Assembly (NCBI GenBank): GCA_050014195.1
Contig: JBEKDT010000001.1
Location: 416,001 to 480,000, forward strand
DNA length: 64,000 nucleotides
Source: Desulfomonilia bacterium
GTDB lineage: Bacteria; Desulfobacterota; Desulfomonilia; UBA1062
Direction: 5' to 3'
In this document: in pieces, positions 30,662 through 40,686 of the stretch
Numbering within the stretch: the first letter of the stretch is position 1
Layout: each line of letters starts with the position of its first letter
Translations under genes and position numbers: made by a program
The notes under the pieces: model-generated
The model's input: the letters and a program-made list of their open reading frames with translations, nothing else
What the model was told of the DNA's origin: nothing
Database searches by the model: none

Positions 30662-31189
30662 TCAGATTTGGGGTTCTACCAAAGCAAGCTCTCCGTCCTG
30701 GCGTTTGTAGATAAGATTGAGCTGCTTTGAATCCGTGTTCTGGAAGATAATAAAGTTTTGTGGTGCTTCACCCATCTCCATGACGGCCTCGTCAACACTC
30801 ATGGGCCTGACGGGATAGTTCTTCTCATAGATGAGGCGCTGTTTTGCCTTTTTGCTGACCGGGGGCGCAGCTGCCACTGTTGCCGCCTTACCCTGCTGGG
30901 TCTTCTTACCCTGGAGCTTCTCCTTGTACTTCTTGAGCTGCCTTTCAAGCTTATCCATCACCATGTCGATGGCTGCATACAAGTCCTCGGTGATCTCTAC
31001 GGCGTTGATGACCGTGCCGTCCGCGGTGAGGGTGACATCAGCCTTGTGCCGGCGCTTTTCCACAGAAAGGACGACATGCGCTTCAGCGGTGCGGTCGATG
31101 TATCTGTCCATCTTCGAGAGCCTTTTGAACGCGTAGTCTTTCAGCGCATCGGAAGAGTCAATGTTCTTAAAGGTAATGTCGGTCTGCAT
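30662..31189 (-). CDS. hpf: ribosome hibernation promoting factor (long HPF)
   Basis: ITFKNI.SS.AL, DLYAAIDMVMDKLERQL, PMSVDEA; follows rpoN. Confidence 0.93.
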   Translation of the reverse strand: MQTDITFKNIDSSDALKDYAFKRLSKMDRYIDRTAEAHVVLSVEKRRHKADVTLTADGTVINAVEITEDLYAAIDMVMDKLERQLKKYKEKLQGKKTQQGKAATVAAAPPVSKKAKQRLIYEKNYPVRPMSVDEAVMEMGEAPQNFIIFQNTDSKQLNLIYKRQDGELALVEPQI

Positions 31190-31218
31190 AAATCCTCCTC
31201 TCGTGGTTAAACAATGAT

Positions 31219-32598
31219 TTAAAAGTGTTTCTTCCTCCGGTTTGAAGGAAGAATACCAAGCAGCTCACGGTACTTGGCAACGGTCCTGCGTGCTATCCTC
31301 ACCCCTTTCCCTTTCAGTTTATGGGCTATGGCCTGGTCGCTCAGGGGATGTTTGGCATCCTCCGCCTTGATGATATTTTCAATTTCATTCTTAACGCTCT
31401 GGGATGCGATAAAACTTCCGTCGCTCTTGGATATACCGCTGTTGAAGAAATACTTGAGCTCGAATGTGCCCTGGGTCGTATGCACATATTTATTAGATGT
31501 AACCCTGCTGATGGTGGATTCATGCATGCCCACATCATCGGCAACGTCTCTGAGGACTAATGGTTTCAGGTTCGTGATACCGTGGTCGAGAAAATCTTTC
31601 TGGAACTTGACGATGCTCTCTGTGACCTTGCACAGGGTATTCTGCCTCTGCTGGATGCTCTTTAAAAGCCACTGGGCAGACTTGTAGCAGTCGGAGAGGT
31701 AGTCCTTGGCCATCTTGCCCATATTGTCGGACTTCATCATGATCTGGTATTCTTTGTTGAGCTTGAGCATGGGCAGATCCTCCTCATTGAGCAGGATCAT
31801 ATACTCCCCCTCCATTTTCACCACATACACATCCGGGACGATGTACTGGGGGGGATCGTCTGAGTAATCACGGGCGGGACGGGGTTCCATGTTGACGATG
31901 ATCTGGGCGGCCTGTGCCACATCATCCACGGTTGCAGAAAGCTCCTGGGCGATCTTGTTGTAGTTTTTGGTCTGGAGGTCCTCCAGGTGGGAATCGATTA
32001 TCCTCCACACCAGGGTGTTCTCCAGGTCCAGTATTCTCGCCTGGATCCTGAGGCAGTCCTTCAGGTCACGCGCCGCGATGCCGGGAGGGTCGAACCGCTG
32101 AACCTTGACAAGTACCGACTCAACTATGTCGGGTGTTGACCCGGTTTCCTGGCATATGGTCTCGGTATCAAGCCCCATGTAGCCGTTATGATCGAGGTTG
32201 CCGATGATGAAGAGGCCCACTTCCTGTTCTTTATCGGTAAAATCATTCAGTCTCAACTGCCAGAGGAGATGGTCCATGAGCCCTTCGGGTTTGCAGGTAG
32301 TGGACTCGATGGAGGGCCGCTCATCGTCTTCATAGTAGGGGATATTGTCCTGGCCGTATGTCTCCAGGTAGGCATCCCACCTTTGCCTGAGCTGTTCCTT
32401 CTCCTTGACGGATTCGGGGGTGTCCTCGCGTACACGGGCAATTTCCACATCGAGCAGCGGGTTTTGTTCGAGCTCGCTGTCGATATATTCCTGCAGCTCG
32501 AGCCTGCTAAGCTGCAGGAGTTTGATAGCCTGCTGGAGCTGTGGCGTCATTATGAGCTGCTGCGCCAGCTTGAGATGTTGCTTAAGCTCCAAGGCCAT
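31219..32598 (-). CDS. rpoN: RNA polymerase sigma-54 factor
   Basis: MTPQLQQAIKLLQLS, HESTISRV, ARRTVAKYRE RpoN box. Confidence 0.98.
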   Translation of the reverse strand: MALELKQHLKLAQQLIMTPQLQQAIKLLQLSRLELQEYIDSELEQNPLLDVEIARVREDTPESVKEKEQLRQRWDAYLETYGQDNIPYYEDDERPSIESTTCKPEGLMDHLLWQLRLNDFTDKEQEVGLFIIGNLDHNGYMGLDTETICQETGSTPDIVESVLVKVQRFDPPGIAARDLKDCLRIQARILDLENTLVWRIIDSHLEDLQTKNYNKIAQELSATVDDVAQAAQIIVNMEPRPARDYSDDPPQYIVPDVYVVKMEGEYMILLNEEDLPMLKLNKEYQIMMKSDNMGKMAKDYLSDCYKSAQWLLKSIQQRQNTLCKVTESIVKFQKDFLDHGITNLKPLVLRDVADDVGMHESTISRVTSNKYVHTTQGTFELKYFFNSGISKSDGSFIASQSVKNEIENIIKAEDAKHPLSDQAIAHKLKGKGVRIARRTVAKYRELLGILPSNRRKKHF

Positions 32599-32610
32599 CC
32601 TTAACTCCTC

Positions 32611-33339
32611 CTAGAGAGAAAAGTCCTTACCCACATAGATCTGCTTGACCTTCTCATTCGCCACAACCTGTTCCGGGGTTCCTTCCTCAATTACAAGACC
32701 CTGATGGATAATATATGCCCTGTCACATATCTTCAGGGTTTCTTTTACATTATGATCCGTAATAATGACACCAATTCCCAATTTTTTCAAGTTTACTATC
32801 ATATCCTGAATGTCATTGACCGTGATGGGGTCAATCCCTGCAAAAGGCTCATCCAGGAGCATGTATGCGGGGCTCAGGGCCATGGCCCTGGCGATCTCCA
32901 CCCGGCGCCTCTCACCTCCGGAGAGAGAGACGCCTTTTTGAGTACGCACTTGATCAAGACCGAAGCTTGCCACGATCTCATCACGGTGCTGTTTCAGCTC
33001 AATCCCTTTCAACCCCCTGGCCTCCAAGGGGACAGAGATGTTGTCTTCCACGCTCAACCCCCTGAACACAGAGGGCTCCTGGGGCAGGTAGCCGATGCCT
33101 CGCATGGCGCGACCCGCGAGATCGATGCCGGTGATGTCGTCAGTACCGAGAAATACCTTGCCCTTGTCCGGGCGGATGAGACCCACGATCATGTAGAATG
33201 TCGTGGTCTTCCCCGCTCCGTTCGGGCCGAGCAGTCCGATGATCTCGCCCTTGTTGCAGGCAATGGAGAGGCCTCTGATGACGTACACCTTCCCAAAGCT
33301 CTTCTCAAGGCCATCGGCCTTCAGCGTCATTTCCCCCAT
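32611..33339 (-). CDS. lptB: LPS export ABC ATPase
   Basis: GPNGAGKTT, YLPQEPS, LSGGERRR, DEPFAG, TDHNV. Confidence 0.96.
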   Translation of the reverse strand: MGEMTLKADGLEKSFGKVYVIRGLSIACNKGEIIGLLGPNGAGKTTTFYMIVGLIRPDKGKVFLGTDDITGIDLAGRAMRGIGYLPQEPSVFRGLSVEDNISVPLEARGLKGIELKQHRDEIVASFGLDQVRTQKGVSLSGGERRRVEIARAMALSPAYMLLDEPFAGIDPITVNDIQDMIVNLKKLGIGVIITDHNVKETLKICDRAYIIHQGLVIEEGTPEQVVANEKVKQIYVGKDFSL

Positions 33340-33833
33340 TGCATGATCCCCGTACTCTCTCCGGCATTCACCCGAACTTTCACCCTGCGGCCGGCACCTT
33401 CAACCACCTGAGTGTCGTTTTTCTTATCCAGTGTCACCTTCTGGCCGATGATTTTCTCCTGGCCTCTGGTGATGACGACATCACCCGTCATTACCATTAC
33501 ATCACTGACAAGATCATACACCGCCTTGGCACATGTTGCCTCTTTGTCTTTCCATAAGATATCCACATCACCTTCAGCGGTTAACATGTTGACCTTGTGT
33601 GATTTCTGGTCGTAGACCAACGTCAGGGTATTTCCCTTGACCGTGATATCGGGTTTCGTAGCCTTCACTCTGCCTTTGAATATCGCTGTACCGTTCTTGG
33701 TGTTCACGTCCAGTCTGTCCGCCTCGATGTCAACCATATCGGATACCTTAGGCGGTGTCTTGAGGCCTTCCGCATGAAGGGCATACGGCCAGAGAAGGCT
33801 AAAGATTAAGAATATTCTGCATAACCTTTGCAT
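33327..33833 (-). CDS. lptA: LPS transport periplasmic protein
   Basis: signal peptide, IEADRL, beta-jellyroll pattern; synteny lptC-lptA-lptB. Confidence 0.85.
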   Translation of the reverse strand: MQRLCRIFLIFSLLWPYALHAEGLKTPPKVSDMVDIEADRLDVNTKNGTAIFKGRVKATKPDITVKGNTLTLVYDQKSHKVNMLTAEGDVDILWKDKEATCAKAVYDLVSDVMVMTGDVVITRGQEKIIGQKVTLDKKNDTQVVEGAGRRVKVRVNAGESTGIMQWGK

Positions 33834-34332
33834 GGACCCTTCCGATACAAGCGATATTGGTGAATTGGTCGGAAAATTCCGCCCTGTCGGCCGTGATGAC
33901 TCCACTTTCCCCCTCGATAACTATTGGGTTATCCGTATGGGCAAAATTCTTTACCCTATCCCAGGTGAGGTTATTGAGCCTGGCGCGGGACCCGTTTTGT
34001 GTTTCAATGTTCACCGGTCCCTTAACCTCAAGGATGGATTTGGCGCGATCGTAGAAGGCATCTACACCGCTCAGCTTTAGCCCGCCGGTCTGTGTAAGGA
34101 CAAAGTCTTTGAGACGCACGTCTTGATCCCCTGTCTCATCCACCTCCCGGGCGGACACTTCCATGGTCTTGTTATTTTGGCGATTGCGTTCGTACATGAC
34201 TACATTCATGGCCTGTCGCCTTGGCTGCGTGCCCTTATTCAGGGATGGCGCCATTTGATTATCGCGGGAAACGGAGATGATGAAAGCCAGTACGACGATC
34301 ACACCCGTCAATAGAATCAGCTTATTCCACAT
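33799..34332 (-). CDS. lptC: LPS export protein
   Basis: N-terminal TM anchor, beta-rich domain; synteny. Confidence 0.8.
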   Translation of the reverse strand: MWNKLILLTGVIVVLAFIISVSRDNQMAPSLNKGTQPRRQAMNVVMYERNRQNNKTMEVSAREVDETGDQDVRLKDFVLTQTGGLKLSGVDAFYDRAKSILEVKGPVNIETQNGSRARLNNLTWDRVKNFAHTDNPIVIEGESGVITADRAEFSDQFTNIACIGRVHAKVMQNILNL

Positions 34333-34825
34333 AGCGTTCCATGATCTTGTCGAAAAGCCCCTCGCGCTTCAGGATGATCTCTATGGCCTCCCTGACGGCG
34401 CCGTGACCGCCCGGCCTCGTGGTAACCACTTCGGCCCTCTCCTTGACCATATCCATGGCATCGGCCGGGGCAAAGGTCATACCGCACAGGGCCATGGGGG
34501 GAATGTCCACCACATCGTCCCCCATGTAGGCCATATTGGTCGTGCTTATGCCGAGTTTCTGCGCCGCTTCCAACAGTGCCGGCTTCTTGTCTATTGCCCC
34601 CTGGAAGACGTGCGTAATACCGAGCTCATGCGCCCTGTACTCCAGTGCCTTTGATGTCCTGCCGGTGATAATGACCACCTCGATACCGGCCCGCAGGAGC
34701 ATCCTCAGCCCGTGTCCGTCCTTGCTGTTGAAGGCCTTGATCTGGATACCTTCATCGGTGAAGTAGATGGAAGAGTCTGTCAGTACGCCATCCACATCGA
34801 GCACCAGGCACGAGATCTTGTTCAT
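34322..34825 (-). CDS. kdsC: KDO-8-phosphate phosphatase
   Basis: DVDGVLTD, KDG, GDDVVD, GGHGAVRE. Confidence 0.95.
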   Translation of the reverse strand: MNKISCLVLDVDGVLTDSSIYFTDEGIQIKAFNSKDGHGLRMLLRAGIEVVIITGRTSKALEYRAHELGITHVFQGAIDKKPALLEAAQKLGISTTNMAYMGDDVVDIPPMALCGMTFAPADAMDMVKERAEVVTTRPGGHGAVREAIEIILKREGLFDKIMERYVE

Positions 34826-35634
34826 GAGGTTACCTCGTGGATCTTTTTCAGCTGTACTAAAAGAGGTTCCAGCCGATCGAGCCTCAGGCTGTTCGGGCCG
34901 TCGCTGAGTGCCTGATCCGGGTTGTCGTGCACCTCCAGGAAGATACCGTCAAGCCCGAAGGCCACACCGGCCCGGGCAAGCTGAACGATATACTCGGCAT
35001 TGCCACCCGATGATGAGCCCTGTCCTCCGGGGAGTTGGAGACTGTGGGTCACATCGAGGATTACGGGAAAGCCGAGCGAACGCATGACGGCAAGGCTCCT
35101 CAAATCGCACACCAGGTTGTTGTAGCCCAGACTCACTCCGCGTTCGGTAAGGATAATAGCATTGTTCCCGGTGCTTTGCACCTTTGCTGTTACATTGCCC
35201 ATGTCCCAGGGTGCCATGAACTGTCCCTTCTTGATGTTTACCGGCAGGCCCGTCTTGCCTGCTGCAACGAGGAGATCGGTCTGCCTGCACAGAAAGGCAG
35301 GGATCTGGAGCATGTCCAGGACATGAGCGGCAGGACCTGCCTGCAAAGGGTCGTGGATGTCCGAGGTGACGGGGATGGAAAGACGTTTCTTGATATCCAG
35401 AAGGATATGAAGGCCCATCTCGAGACCGGGCCCCCGGTATGAATCGATGGATGAGCGGTTCGCCTTATCAAAGGATGCCTTGAAGATATAGGGGATCCCC
35501 ATGCGGGAGGTGATATCGCGAATACTTTCCGCCATGAACAGGGCATGGTCCTGCGATTCAATGACGCACGGGCCCGCGACCAGCACCAGATCGCCGGAAC
35601 CGATAGTGATGTCATGAATCTTTACCTTTTGCAT
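34822..35634 (-). CDS. kdsA: KDO-8-phosphate synthase
   Basis: AGPCVIES, KASFDKANRS, QIPAFLCRQTD, KKGQF. Confidence 0.97.
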   Translation of the reverse strand: MQKVKIHDITIGSGDLVLVAGPCVIESQDHALFMAESIRDITSRMGIPYIFKASFDKANRSSIDSYRGPGLEMGLHILLDIKKRLSIPVTSDIHDPLQAGPAAHVLDMLQIPAFLCRQTDLLVAAGKTGLPVNIKKGQFMAPWDMGNVTAKVQSTGNNAIILTERGVSLGYNNLVCDLRSLAVMRSLGFPVILDVTHSLQLPGGQGSSSGGNAEYIVQLARAGVAFGLDGIFLEVHDNPDQALSDGPNSLRLDRLEPLLVQLKKIHEVTS

Positions 35635-35833
35635 ATACCCCTGCCGCACGTGATTACTTTAGCCGCCGATCCAAAATGATAATCGGTGCTCCTGCTAGGG
35701 GATTTATCGTATGGTACGTGGGGTGTCAAGCAATCAGAAGATCAAAACACGCTAAAAGAGCACGGCTGTTTAGAGGGGCCGGGATAGGGGTTGACTACTC
35801 GATTCTGGATACTAATTATCTTTCTCCGTGACC

Positions 35834-37555
35834 ATGAAGGCATACCCGAGGGAAGATCTATCCATTGTGCTTTCCGGTGAAGCAGGACAGGGCCTGCAGA
35901 CCTTGGAACAGCTGATGCTGAAGGTCTTCAAGCTCTCAGGATACCATGTCTTTTCCTATAGCGAATTCATGTCGAGGATCAGGGGTGGGAACAACTCCAC
36001 CCAGATACGGATCTCTGCAAAGAGGGTTGCGTCTTACCTCAGAAGGATCGATATATTCGTTCCGCTCAATGCCGGCGCCATGGAACGGTTTCACGACCGG
36101 ATAACCCGTGAAACGGTCATCCTGGGCGATCGTACATTCATTGACAAACAGTACTTCGATGAGGGCTATCCCATTGGGGAGGTACCCATTGGAGAAATTG
36201 CCAGGGGGATCGGCGGACCGGTTTATACGAATATCCTCGTGCTCGGGATATTTGCAGGGCTCTTAGGGCTTGAAATGGGTCTGCTTGAAAATCAGGTGAG
36301 GCAATTCTTCAGCAAAGCCGGAGATGAACGTACCGGCAAGAACATTGATGCGGTAAGGAAGGGCTTCGACACAGGCTCTCACGTGCTTAAATCGGGCCAG
36401 GTCCTTCCCGTCATCACAAAATCGGAAGAAGTGAAGAATGAGCTCCTCATGAACGGTGTCGATGCAATAGGCATAGGAGGTCTTGCCGGAGGATGCACGT
36501 TCGTCTCATCCTACCCCATGTCTCCATCAACCGATGTCCTGGTGTTTTATGCCAGGAATGCACACGATTTCGGGCTGGTGGTGGAACAGGCGGAAGATGA
36601 AATAAGCGCCGTCAACATGGCACTTGGTTCCTGGTATGCCGGGGGGAGGGCTTTGGTGACTACCTCAGGGGGAGGATTTGCGCTGATGGTGGAGGGGGTG
36701 AGCCTTGCCGGATGCATCGAGTCTCCCCTGGTCATCCATATCGGCCAGCGCCCCGGCCCTGCAACAGGCCTTCCTACCCGCACCGAACAGGCTGACCTGG
36801 AGCATGCCCTCTACTCCGGCCATGGTGAATTCCCCAGGCTGATCCTGGCGCCCGGTACCATAGAAGAGGGGTTCTGGCTTACACGCCATGCCTTCCGGAT
36901 GGCAGATAAGTACCATATCCCTGTTTTTATCCTTACGGATCAGCACTATCTCGAATCCAATCATACCTTGAACCGCCTGGATATCCCGGAGCCGTTAAAC
37001 GAGAGCTTTATCAAAGAGACAGACACCGCATATAAACGCTATTTGTTCACGGAAAGCGGCATCTCACCAAGGGGCATACCCGGCTTCGGCCAGGGGCTGG
37101 TTTGCGTGGACAGCGACGAACATGATGAGAACGGATATATCACGGAAGACTGTTCGGTGCGATCTTCCATGGTTGAGAAGCGGCTTCGGAAACTTAAGGC
37201 CATGGAAACCGACACGATAGCGCCGACACTCACCGGAGGGGATGACTATCGGCATCTTGTCGTCGGGTGGGGTTCGACCTATAACGTCGTCAAGGAGGCC
37301 CTGGAAATCCTCCAACGAAAAGACCTCTCCTTCCTGCACTTCTCCCAGGTGTATCCACTCCACCCGAAGGCCCGTGAACTCATCAATCGGGCAAAAAAAA
37401 GGTTCATCATCGAGAACAATGCCACGGCCCAGTTCGGAAAATTGATCAGACTGCATACAGGAATCGAGCTTGATGGGAAGATTCTCAAGTTCGACGGCAT
37501 GCCGTTCATGCTCGAAGAAGTCGTAGAGCAGCTGGATGCCCTGATGGGAAGGTGA
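35834..37555 (+). CDS. 2-oxoacid:ferredoxin oxidoreductase alpha subunit (gamma-alpha fusion)
   Basis: GEAGQG, SRIRGG, YPMSP, EDEISA, TSGGG, RPGPATGLPT. Confidence 0.95.
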   Translation: MKAYPREDLSIVLSGEAGQGLQTLEQLMLKVFKLSGYHVFSYSEFMSRIRGGNNSTQIRISAKRVASYLRRIDIFVPLNAGAMERFHDRITRETVILGDRTFIDKQYFDEGYPIGEVPIGEIARGIGGPVYTNILVLGIFAGLLGLEMGLLENQVRQFFSKAGDERTGKNIDAVRKGFDTGSHVLKSGQVLPVITKSEEVKNELLMNGVDAIGIGGLAGGCTFVSSYPMSPSTDVLVFYARNAHDFGLVVEQAEDEISAVNMALGSWYAGGRALVTTSGGGFALMVEGVSLAGCIESPLVIHIGQRPGPATGLPTRTEQADLEHALYSGHGEFPRLILAPGTIEEGFWLTRHAFRMADKYHIPVFILTDQHYLESNHTLNRLDIPEPLNESFIKETDTAYKRYLFTESGISPRGIPGFGQGLVCVDSDEHDENGYITEDCSVRSSMVEKRLRKLKAMETDTIAPTLTGGDDYRHLVVGWGSTYNVVKEALEILQRKDLSFLHFSQVYPLHPKARELINRAKKRFIIENNATAQFGKLIRLHTGIELDGKILKFDGMPFMLEEVVEQLDALMGR

Positions 37556-37558
37556 GGA

Positions 37559-38422
37559 ATGGGAACGGAATTCGACATTGATTACCCTGCGGATATTGCG
37601 TGGTGCCCCGGATGCGGAAACTATCATATCCTCACGGCGCTCAAGGCCGCTCTTTCGGAGCTGGCACTCCATCCGGCATCGCTCGTCTTCGTATCCGGAA
37701 TCGGACAGGCGGCCAAGACCCCTCAATATCTGAAGACCAACTACTTTAACGGCCTCCATGGGAGATCTCTGCCTGTTGCCACGGCGGTCAAGGTGACGAA
37801 TCCGGAGCTTACGGTCATTGCTCAGAGTGGTGATGGATGCATGTACGGCGAAGGGGGCAACCATTTCCTCCATGCCATTCGAAGAAACCCGGACATCACG
37901 GTGATCATCCACAACAATATGGTGTACGGGCTTACCAAGGGACAGGCATCTCCCACGAGCATGCGGGGCTTTGTTACACCCATACAGGTGGGTGGGGTAT
38001 GCATGGAGCCCTTCAATCCTCTGGCCCTTGCCATTGCCCTGAATGCATCGTTTGTTGCGAGGGCCAATGCAGGGGACGAGGAGCAGACAAAGGAAATCCT
38101 GAAAAAGGCCATCACTCATAAAGGATTCGCAATCGTTGACATATTGCAACCCTGCGTATCATTCAACAGGGTTAACACCTACCAGTGGTACAAGGATCAT
38201 ACGTATTATCTCGATGATTCCCACAATCCATCCGACAGGGATGCCGCCTTCTCAGCAGCAACCCGATCGGACAGGTTTGCCCTGGGACTGATTTATATCG
38301 GTTCAGGAATACCCACCTTCTCCGAGTGTCAGGATGTCTATAAGACCGATCCCCGGCCGCTCTATCAACATATGGCGAGCCGTGAAAAGATCGAATCCTT
38401 GCTGAATGCAAAGAGGATATGA
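37559..38422 (+). CDS. 2-oxoacid:ferredoxin oxidoreductase beta subunit
   Basis: WCPGCG, LHGR, GDG...N TPP motif, [11 protein letters not shown]. Confidence 0.95.
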   Translation: MGTEFDIDYPADIAWCPGCGNYHILTALKAALSELALHPASLVFVSGIGQAAKTPQYLKTNYFNGLHGRSLPVATAVKVTNPELTVIAQSGDGCMYGEGGNHFLHAIRRNPDITVIIHNNMVYGLTKGQASPTSMRGFVTPIQVGGVCMEPFNPLALAIALNASFVARANAGDEEQTKEILKKAITHKGFAIVDILQPCVSFNRVNTYQWYKDHTYYLDDSHNPSDRDAAFSAATRSDRFALGLIYIGSGIPTFSECQDVYKTDPRPLYQHMASREKIESLLNAKRI

Positions 38423-39219
38423 GAATGAACCTTACAGGCAGGGTAGCCGTCATAACCGGTGCAGGACGAGGTCTTGGCAAGGCTATAGCCCTTGCTTTTG
38501 AACTATCAGGTGCCAATGTTACTTTGTTCAGCCTGTTGGAGGATGAACTGAAAGATATCGCCGCCGACCTTGAAAAGCTCGGCGGAGAATATCTCCTGCA
38601 TACCGGAGATGTGTCGGATGAGCATGATGCGGCTTCTGTGGTTGCTGAAACTTTTGCACGGTTCAGCAGAATAGACATCCTTGTGAACAATGCAGGCATC
38701 ATCGGGCCGGCGCGGTTCCTTGAGGATGCCGTGCCGTCAGAATGGAAGCAGACATTAGATGTGAATCTTACCGGAAGCTATCTCTTTTGCCGGGAGGTGA
38801 TTCCTTACATGATCAAACAGGGAGGCGGTAAAATCATCAATATCGTTTCCGGACTCGGGCAGATGCCGTTCCCGCGTTTCTGTGCATATTCGGTATCCAA
38901 AGCCGGTCTCATCCAGCTTACTCGGTCGCTCTCTGAAGAATTGAACCCCTTCAATATTCAGGTTAATGCCATCGATCCCGGCCTGATGGATACAACTATG
39001 GGAAATGAAATTCGCGCTATGGGCCCTGACGCACTTGGCCAGGGCCTGTACAACCAGATGATCGGGTATAAGGAGCAGGGTATATTAAAAGACCCCAGAG
39101 ACATAGCGGATCTCGCGGCATTTCTTGCATCATCCGATTCAGGGGATATGACAGGTCATATCGGAACCACGAAATACTACCGTACTCTCGGATGGAAACC
39201 AAGCGAGCCGAATATTTAG
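38419..39219 (+). CDS. SDR family oxidoreductase
   Basis: [17 protein letters not shown]. Confidence 0.93.
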   Translation: MRMNLTGRVAVITGAGRGLGKAIALAFELSGANVTLFSLLEDELKDIAADLEKLGGEYLLHTGDVSDEHDAASVVAETFARFSRIDILVNNAGIIGPARFLEDAVPSEWKQTLDVNLTGSYLFCREVIPYMIKQGGGKIINIVSGLGQMPFPRFCAYSVSKAGLIQLTRSLSEELNPFNIQVNAIDPGLMDTTMGNEIRAMGPDALGQGLYNQMIGYKEQGILKDPRDIADLAAFLASSDSGDMTGHIGTTKYYRTLGWKPSEPNI

Positions 39220-39274
39220 CAAGTACTCCTTTTTTAAATCATATCAACACCGATCTTCATCCTAAGATTCGATA

Positions 39275-39411
39275 TTCCTGCGAAAAAGGATTTGTCCTGT
39301 CCCACAAGACAATCAGCGATAAACCACAAGGAATGAGGAAACCCGTAGATGCTAATAATATAATGAAATTATTTAACATTAAATATTCTACCGCGATGGC
39401 ACGCCTATTGA
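39275..39411 (+). promoter_or_regulatory. tandem enhancer sites + sigma54 promoter (locus 2)
   Basis: TTCCT-N7-AGGAT (39275), GTCCT-N7-AAGAC (39294), AT-rich spacer, TGGCAC-N5-TTGA (39397). Confidence 0.7.
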
Positions 39412-39499
39412 ATACATCAGATGATAAGAGATATGAGTGCCAGCCATGTAATCAAAGGCAGGACTCGGGTTATGAAGATTAATCACGTGGAGGTTAGTC

Positions 39500-39763
39500 A
39501 TGAATTCATATACGGAATCAAGCTTAGGCAAGGATGGATCGAACACTACGAGAATAACCACACTCTACGATCTTATGGAAGAGATCAATGCAGAACAGAT
39601 CAGCCCACAAAGGGATCCAGGCAGTTACAGTATCCAGGACCCTGCGGGGAATGGTCGATTCAGTCCGGCGGCAGAGAAGGTTTTTCAGATGTTTGAATCG
39701 GGACAAATCAGGTTCAAGAATCTCCAGGATGTCAAAAGAAAATATGCTGGGTGGCTATTCTGA
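39500..39763 (+). CDS. small hypothetical protein, paralog of 18690-18965
   Basis: RBS GGAGG; TTLYDLMEEI...AEKVFQMFESGQIRF. Confidence 0.75.
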   Translation: MNSYTESSLGKDGSNTTRITTLYDLMEEINAEQISPQRDPGSYSIQDPAGNGRFSPAAEKVFQMFESGQIRFKNLQDVKRKYAGWLF

Positions 39764-39846
39764 CATCAGTCATGAACACCAAGGTTAAATTCGGCAATAA
39801 ATGCCACGCCTGACGGCATGGTAATTCTATGGGGAAGGAAATACCT

Positions 39847-40629
39847 ATGGACAACTCTTATGATTATATGGATTTTCAACAATACTACAGGGAAATTCAG
39901 CAATACCCAACTCTAACCCATGAGAAAGAGTATGAACTGGCAAAACAATATCAAAAGGGCGACGAAGCTGCCGGACAGCAATTAATCCAGGCGAACCTCA
40001 GGTTTGTGGTGAGGGTGAGCAGGAAATATTTTTATTGCGGTCACCATTGCCTCGAGATCATTCAGGAAGGAAACCTTGGTCTCATCAGAGCCCTTAATCG
40101 TTTTGACCCTGAGCGAGGGATACCTTTTGTCTACTATGCAGTTTGGTGGGTTGAAGCCTTCATCAAGGCTTTCATGCACAAGAGCGGAAAGGTGAACACG
40201 GGGAGTCTGAGTCATGCCAAGAAATTGCACTCATTGGATGAACACCTTGGAAACGATGACGATAAAGACCGATGGATTGATTTTCTCACAGATGGTGCTG
40301 ATCCGGAGAAAATGTATAATGGCAGGGAGTCATCTCAAAATATTTCATCCGTACTCCATCATTGCTTCACCTTCCTCTCTCCAAGGGAAATATCTGTCCT
40401 GAAACAACGATTTTATTCTGATCCGCCTGTTAAGCTTAAGGAAATAGGGATGCAACTTGGTGTAAGCAGAGAACGTGTCAGACAAATCCAGACAAGATCC
40501 ATGGAAAAATTAAAACAAATTTTAGAAGATCAGGTAAAGGGCCTTTGGGAGTCAACAACCCATGATTCCCATCCACTCACCGAGATCAATCAACTGGGGT
40601 TTATACGGAGAGGAGAATATCAAAACTGA
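39847..40629 (+). CDS. RpoH/sigma32-like sigma70-family factor with short region 3
   Basis: region 1.2 YYREIQQYPTL, region 2 NLRFVV..QEGNLGL..FDPERG..YAVWW, region 4 GVSRERVRQI. Confidence 0.85.
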   Translation: MDNSYDYMDFQQYYREIQQYPTLTHEKEYELAKQYQKGDEAAGQQLIQANLRFVVRVSRKYFYCGHHCLEIIQEGNLGLIRALNRFDPERGIPFVYYAVWWVEAFIKAFMHKSGKVNTGSLSHAKKLHSLDEHLGNDDDKDRWIDFLTDGADPEKMYNGRESSQNISSVLHHCFTFLSPREISVLKQRFYSDPPVKLKEIGMQLGVSRERVRQIQTRSMEKLKQILEDQVKGLWESTTHDSHPLTEINQLGFIRRGEYQN

Positions 40630-40686
40630 AGTATCCCTCTTTACTGAAACACTCTGGCATGTTTTGATCTAAGATTTCTTTACATC

